A DNA stretch of 64,000 nucleotides from Oscillospiraceae bacterium (lineage in GTDB: Bacteria; Bacillota; Clostridia; Oscillospirales; JAAYXM01): contig SVMJ01000008.1 in NCBI GenBank assembly GCA_015067485.1, positions 3,583-67,582 of the forward strand, read 5' to 3'. The position numbers were made by a program, and so were the translations under genes. Shown here piece by piece: positions 59,722 through 64,000 of this stretch. The notes below the pieces were generated by a model. The model searched no databases. It was not told the origin of the DNA and saw nothing but the letters and a program-made list of their open reading frames with translations. The first letter of the stretch is position 1, and every line of letters begins with the position of its first letter.

Positions 59722-60731
59722 GCGGCATCCTCCGGATGATCGTGATACATTCCTGCGTGATGCAGGCGCACGAAAACATTTACGCGCGGGGGCGTGGGAG
59801 ATGAGAAGTCAAGCAGAGAAGCAAACCCTTCCGCATATGCACGCGAGATGAATGCGGTGAGCTTTTTCTGCACGAGATCTTGCACCACAGTCTCGATATT
59901 GTTATTCTCGAGATCAAGATAGAAATTTGCAGCGGAAACAGAAATCGAAAGGGTTACCGTTACGGCGTCTGTTTCTTTGGACACATGGCTTGAAAGGATC
60001 TCGAGAGAAACGGTGTGATTTGGAGAAAGTTCCACCTTGGCAAGAAATCCGCCGGGATCGGTTTCGGTGAGCAGGGAAAGTGCGAGCACTTCATCGCCCG
60101 TGAGAGATGCGACGTGGTCGGTTTCACGATACACCACGCCGCCATCGATCGCAAGCGCTTGATCGGAGACAGTAACCTTCGGTAGTAACACACAGTCTCG
60201 TTCTGACAAATCCCGTGTGTACTCCCATAACTCCAGGTTTTGCAAACGGCGGGAAGAACTTCTGTTTTCCAAAATATTCAGACAATGTTCGCTCACCGAA
60301 CTTGCGCCGGTTGTCTCGGTTTGGAATACGTTTTGTGCAGAAGTGTTGTGCGCCACCAAAAGCGCAGTATTAAGATACACTTCCCGTGTGCGGTTGAACA
60401 GATCCAGTACCGCATGTAGTTGCGCTCCCGTGATTTTTTCGTCGATGACGATGAGACCCAAATGTCCCCAATAAAGTTTTTTGCCTGCGCGAGTGGAAAT
60501 GTTTTGAATAGCATCGAATAGATTGACCCCTTCCGCCGAAAGCGTGCGGCTTGTTGCCGCACTTTCGGGTGGAGTGGACAAGTTTGCGGTCTCCACGGTG
60601 AGAAGATAGGTGTCATCCTGCGTTAAATCCACCCCGATTCCAAGTACATATTCCTGCATATTCGGCTCATTGTAATCCCAGCATCCACAGAGAAGGGCAA
60701 GGAAGGGAATGCACAGAAGGAGTTTCTTCAT
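59718..60731 (-). CDS. Spore germination receptor C subunit lipoprotein (Ger(x)C)
   Basis: Lipobox LLCGC-WDYNE, VLGIGVD, KKLYWGH; ATGA overlap with gerA stop. Confidence 0.88.
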   Translation of the reverse strand: MKKLLLCIPFLALLCGCWDYNEPNMQEYVLGIGVDLTQDDTYLLTVETANLSTPPESAATSRTLSAEGVNLFDAIQNISTRAGKKLYWGHLGLIVIDEKITGAQLHAVLDLFNRTREVYLNTALLVAHNTSAQNVFQTETTGASSVSEHCLNILENRSSSRRLQNLELWEYTRDLSERDCVLLPKVTVSDQALAIDGGVVYRETDHVASLTGDEVLALSLLTETDPGGFLAKVELSPNHTVSLEILSSHVSKETDAVTVTLSISVSAANFYLDLENNNIETVVQDLVQKKLTAFISRAYAEGFASLLDFSSPTPPRVNVFVRLHHAGMYHDHPEDAA

Positions 60732-62215
60732 TTTGTTCCCTCCTTGCGGCGAAAGCGGACGATGTTGTTTTTCTGAAATGCCCACGGGCGCATCCGCATC
60801 ACCCACCAGGGCGCGCGGATGAAAACATCCTTTGCCTGTTGTTTCTTCCCGAGCGGGAGATAAGAGGTGTAGTCCACACCGAACGACCGAAGTTCGGAAA
60901 TGTGCAGGATGAGCAGTAAACTTGCAAGCGCATATCCGTAGATTCCAAGGGTTGCGCCAAACAGAAGAAAGCCCAATCGGCAGACCAAAATCTCCTGCTC
61001 CAGTTTCGGAGTCAAAAAAGAAGTGATACCGCAGAGTGCGACCAAAATAATCATTTCCGCGCTGACGATGCGCGCGGTTACGATGCTTTGACCCAAGACC
61101 ACCGCGCCCACCATACTGATGGTGAAACCGATCGGTTTTGGCAGGCGGATGCCCGCTTCGCGGATGAGATCAAAGAGCAGTAGTAAAATCAGCATTTCGA
61201 TCACGGCGGGGAATGGTACGTCTGCGCGTGATTTTGCAATACTGAGCAGTAAATTTTTTGGGATCATTTCTTTGTGGTAACAAGTGAGCGCGATGTAAAG
61301 CGATGGCAGGCTGACCGTGAGAAAGAACGCCACAAAGCGCAGGATGCGCGTAAATGATGCGTAAAAATAGTGGGAGTAGTAATCTTCGTTTGCTTGAAAG
61401 TTCTCCAAAAACAGAAATGGGACGGTGAGCGCAAACGGGGTTCCGTCGCATAAAATTGCGGCACGCCCTTCAAACAGTTTTGCGGCGACCACATCGGGGC
61501 GCTCGGTGGATCCCACAGTTTTGAACGGGGAGTTGGGCGCATCTTTGATGAGTTCAGACAGATACGTTACATCCAAAATCGAGTCAATCTCAAATGATTT
61601 CAGACGGCGCTCCAATTCATTCAACAGCGTTTGATCCACAAGATCTTCGATATAGGTGATACAGATGCGCGTTTTGCTCACTTTTCCCAATGTCATGAAT
61701 TTGAACTTGAGTTTTGGATTAAGTGCTTTCCGTCGCACCAGACTGATGTTATTTACCAAAAGTTCGTTGAAACTTTCTTTTGGACCTGCCACCGCGTTTT
61801 CGGTTTCGGGCAGTCCGATGCTGCGGGTAGAGTAGTACTTGGAATTGGCAAACAGGGCAGACTTGGAACCGTCCAGTAAAATGACGGTGTCGCCGATTAA
61901 AACGTGCAATGCCAAGTCGTCAAGGTCTTTGACGAAATCCGCTTCGTTTGCGTGAATGACACGGTGGAGCACAGTCGCGATGAGCGTGCTCTGTATGATG
62001 GTGTTAAAGTGATGGCGCAAAAGCGGACGAACAATATTTTCGTCGATTACTGCGGTGTTTGAAAGTACTTCTGTGAAAATGATATATCCCTGTACGGTGG
62101 GGTCGTGTTGGTTTTCGAATTTACGGAATTTCACCGTGTCGTCATATCGGAACAGATCTCTCACAACTGCAATATCCTGTTCCAATACGCCGGAAAAAAG
62201 AACGGGTTGTTCCAT
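60728..62215 (-). CDS. Spore germination receptor A subunit (GerKA-like)
   Basis: GPKESFNE, TERPDVVA.KL.EGR, DGTP..L.VP, REAGIRLP. Confidence 0.93.
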   Translation of the reverse strand: MEQPVLFSGVLEQDIAVVRDLFRYDDTVKFRKFENQHDPTVQGYIIFTEVLSNTAVIDENIVRPLLRHHFNTIIQSTLIATVLHRVIHANEADFVKDLDDLALHVLIGDTVILLDGSKSALFANSKYYSTRSIGLPETENAVAGPKESFNELLVNNISLVRRKALNPKLKFKFMTLGKVSKTRICITYIEDLVDQTLLNELERRLKSFEIDSILDVTYLSELIKDAPNSPFKTVGSTERPDVVAAKLFEGRAAILCDGTPFALTVPFLFLENFQANEDYYSHYFYASFTRILRFVAFFLTVSLPSLYIALTCYHKEMIPKNLLLSIAKSRADVPFPAVIEMLILLLLFDLIREAGIRLPKPIGFTISMVGAVVLGQSIVTARIVSAEMIILVALCGITSFLTPKLEQEILVCRLGFLLFGATLGIYGYALASLLLILHISELRSFGVDYTSYLPLGKKQQAKDVFIRAPWWVMRMRPWAFQKNNIVRFRRKEGTK

Positions 62216-62243
62216 ACACACACTCCTTCCGTTTTGTCAAAGT

Positions 62244-62272
62244 TAGTTTGTGAAAAAACGGAAAAAGTATAC
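62244..62272 (-). promoter_or_regulatory. Sigma-G-like forespore promoter of ger operon
   Basis: Minus strand GTATA-N17-CAAACTA fits GHATA-N17/18-CAWAHTA. Confidence 0.6.
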
Positions 62273-62320
62273 AAAAAAGGAAGTGTTCAAAATGAACACT
62301 TCCCTTTATCTTGCGTATCT

Positions 62321-63463
62321 TTAGTTCTCGAAGAGGGTGTACTGGTTAATCATCTTTGCCGCTTCCGCGCGGGTTGCGCGTCCGAGCGGATCGAATCGGT
62401 TGTTTGCCTTTCCGCCGATGATCTGTGCCTGCTGCATTGCAGAAACCGCATCGCGTGCATGGCTTGCGATCTTTTCATTATCCGCGAAGACGACCGGTGC
62501 CACCATTCTGGGAAGAACCACGCCGGAGACGTTGTTTGCATAGCGGTAAATCATGACTGCAAGGTCCTGACGGGTAACCGGTGCATTCGGGTTGAATGCG
62601 GTTGGACTGACGCCGTTGATGACCCCGGTTTCTACCGCCCATGCGACCGCGTTGTAATACCATGCGGTTGCGGGGACGTCAGTGAACGGGACATAAGCGT
62701 AATTATAGAGTGATGCACCCGAAAGGTTTGCCAAAATTTGCGCGACCATTGCACGAGTGAGTGTGTCATTTGGTGCAAAGCGGGTGGGGGAGACACCGTT
62801 CATGATGCTCTTTTTGGTCACAGCGAAAACCGCATCGGCAAACCAAGCGTTTTTCGGAACATCGGTGAAACTGGAATTTTCGGTCCAACGTGCATACAAC
62901 GTGAAGTTGTAAGTAACGGGCTGGCTGAAATCATACTTGGTGGTGAAGTCTGCATCTGTGTACCATCCGCCGAAGAAATAATCAGTTTTGGTCGGTGCGG
63001 TCGGCTCCTTTGCCAATCCGTTCGGTTGAACGTACGCAGTAGGAACACTGCTTCCGCCGAGCGAATTGAAGAGAACCTGATACTGGCTCGAAGGCTGACC
63101 GGTGTATCCCGGGTAACCGGCACCGCCCGCGGTGTCCACCACGAAGTTTACAGTAATGACCACATCATTTGCAGGCATTGTAAACGAAGTGGAGTAACTG
63201 TACGGATTTTGGATGGAGACACTACTGTCGCCGGTGGTCCAGCAGTAGAACTGATACCCGGTTCTTGCGGTTGCGACAATGGTTACCGTATCACCGGCGG
63301 AAAATTCGGTATTTCCGGAAAGGGTTACGGCAGAACCGCTACCGATCAGCTGGAACGACACCGAATAGGTCCCGCCGCCGTTTGCAAAAGCAGGAGCGGA
63401 AAGCCCAAACATCAGCGCCAGCGTGAGAAGCAAACAAATGATGTTTTTTTGTTTACGGAACAT
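62321..63463 (-). CDS. Secreted cell-surface protein with InlB B-repeat-like domains and three SLH domains
   Basis: Signal peptide; GYQFYCW and PTKTDYFFGGWY repeats; FTDV..W, F.PN..TR motifs (TRAM, TRQD, TRAE). Confidence 0.9.
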   Translation of the reverse strand: MFRKQKNIICLLLTLALMFGLSAPAFANGGGTYSVSFQLIGSGSAVTLSGNTEFSAGDTVTIVATARTGYQFYCWTTGDSSVSIQNPYSYSTSFTMPANDVVITVNFVVDTAGGAGYPGYTGQPSSQYQVLFNSLGGSSVPTAYVQPNGLAKEPTAPTKTDYFFGGWYTDADFTTKYDFSQPVTYNFTLYARWTENSSFTDVPKNAWFADAVFAVTKKSIMNGVSPTRFAPNDTLTRAMVAQILANLSGASLYNYAYVPFTDVPATAWYYNAVAWAVETGVINGVSPTAFNPNAPVTRQDLAVMIYRYANNVSGVVLPRMVAPVVFADNEKIASHARDAVSAMQQAQIIGGKANNRFDPLGRATRAEAAKMINQYTLFEN

Positions 63464-63536
63464 TGGAAAATCCTCCTTTGATTCTTGGAATCTCTTTGGT
63501 TTCATTATATCATAAACAGGGTGGCGTTTGTCAAAC

Positions 63537-63573
63537 AAAAAAACGCTCTGCGCGAATTGCACAGAGCGTTTTT
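63537..63573 (-). terminator. Intrinsic terminator after metA
   Basis: aaaaaaacgctctg.gc..gcacagagcgttttt. Confidence 0.75.
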
Positions 63574-63574
63574 G

Positions 63575-64000
63575 CTATTCGATGGGAGCGTGATCCAAAT
63601 CAAACGGGGTGTTCTGATAAACGTAGTAGTTGAGCCAGTTGGAATAGAGCAGATGTGCGTGTGCGCGCCAAGTATCGAGCGGGCGCTTGTTCGGATCATT
63701 GTCGGTAAAGTAGTTTTTGGGGATTTCGATCGGAAGACCTTTACCCAAATCACGGAAATATTCGCTTGCAAGTGTATCGGGATCGTATTCGGGATGTCCG
63801 GTGATGAATATCTGACGCCCATCGCGGCTCGCAATGATGTATGCACCTGCTTCTTCCGAAACCGAGAGCAGTTCGAGCTCGGGCTTGCGGAGAACATCCT
63901 CAATGTGGATTTCCGAATGACGCGAATGCGGAGCATAGAATACATCGTCAAAACCGCGGAGCAGGGGACAGTTGGTGCGGCAAGGCGTGTGGGGGAAGAC
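63575..64000 (-). CDS. metA: Homoserine O-acyltransferase MetA, C-terminal part (start lies beyond window)
   Basis: Manual translation: [44 protein letters not shown]. Confidence 0.95.
   Translation of the reverse strand, partial: VFPHTPCRTNCPLLRGFDDVFYAPHSRHSEIHIEDVLRKPELELLSVSEEAGAYIIASRDGRQIFITGHPEYDPDTLASEYFRDLGKGLPIEIPKNYFTDNDPNKRPLDTWRAHAHLLYSNWLNYYVYQNTPFDLDHAPIE

Noticed and set aside
63505-63951. 148-aa minus-strand ORF in the track
   Set aside because: Wrong frame; the real reading frame is metA ending at 63575
1-64000. CRISPR arrays, tRNA/rRNA genes, IS transposases, prophage or defence genes
   Set aside because: None seen; intergenic spaces are short and ORFs are accounted for by other families

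Overview
Core-chromosome segment of a spore-forming Clostridia (Eubacteriales/Oscillospiraceae-like) bacterium, judged from gene content: spmA, abrB, dacF, a gerK operon and an SLH protein. Most of it is housekeeping: mnmE, pgi, mtaB-murB-rapZ-yvcK-whiA-dnaE, pfkA, trpS, tagO, metK, radC-uvrB-uvrA, clpB, ftsEX, greA-lysS, dprA-topA-trmFO-plsX-rnc and the 3' end of metA. I saw no rRNA, tRNA, CRISPR array, transposase or integrase. Features missing from the ORF track are a 52-aa rubredoxin, the 5' end of spmA, the 3' end of metA and a THF riboswitch ahead of folT. The most interesting observations are: (1) a ~310-bp nested palindromic intergenic element, with two diverged hairpin units in opposite orientation inside an 18/19-bp inverted repeat (REPIN/MITE-like); (2) a nitrilase-family amidase fused to a glycerophosphodiesterase with an altered metal ligand, next to a YgjV-type membrane protein; (3) an AT-rich islet after mnmE encoding an XRE regulator with a visible candidate operator, an acidic secreted protein and a basic secreted amidase-like protein; (4) a double-pseudoknot-like leader that could mask the dacF ribosome-binding site; (5) clpB behind a ribbon-helix-helix gene with a palindrome on the -35 box. 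All protein calls rest on motif recognition by eye; no database searches were run.
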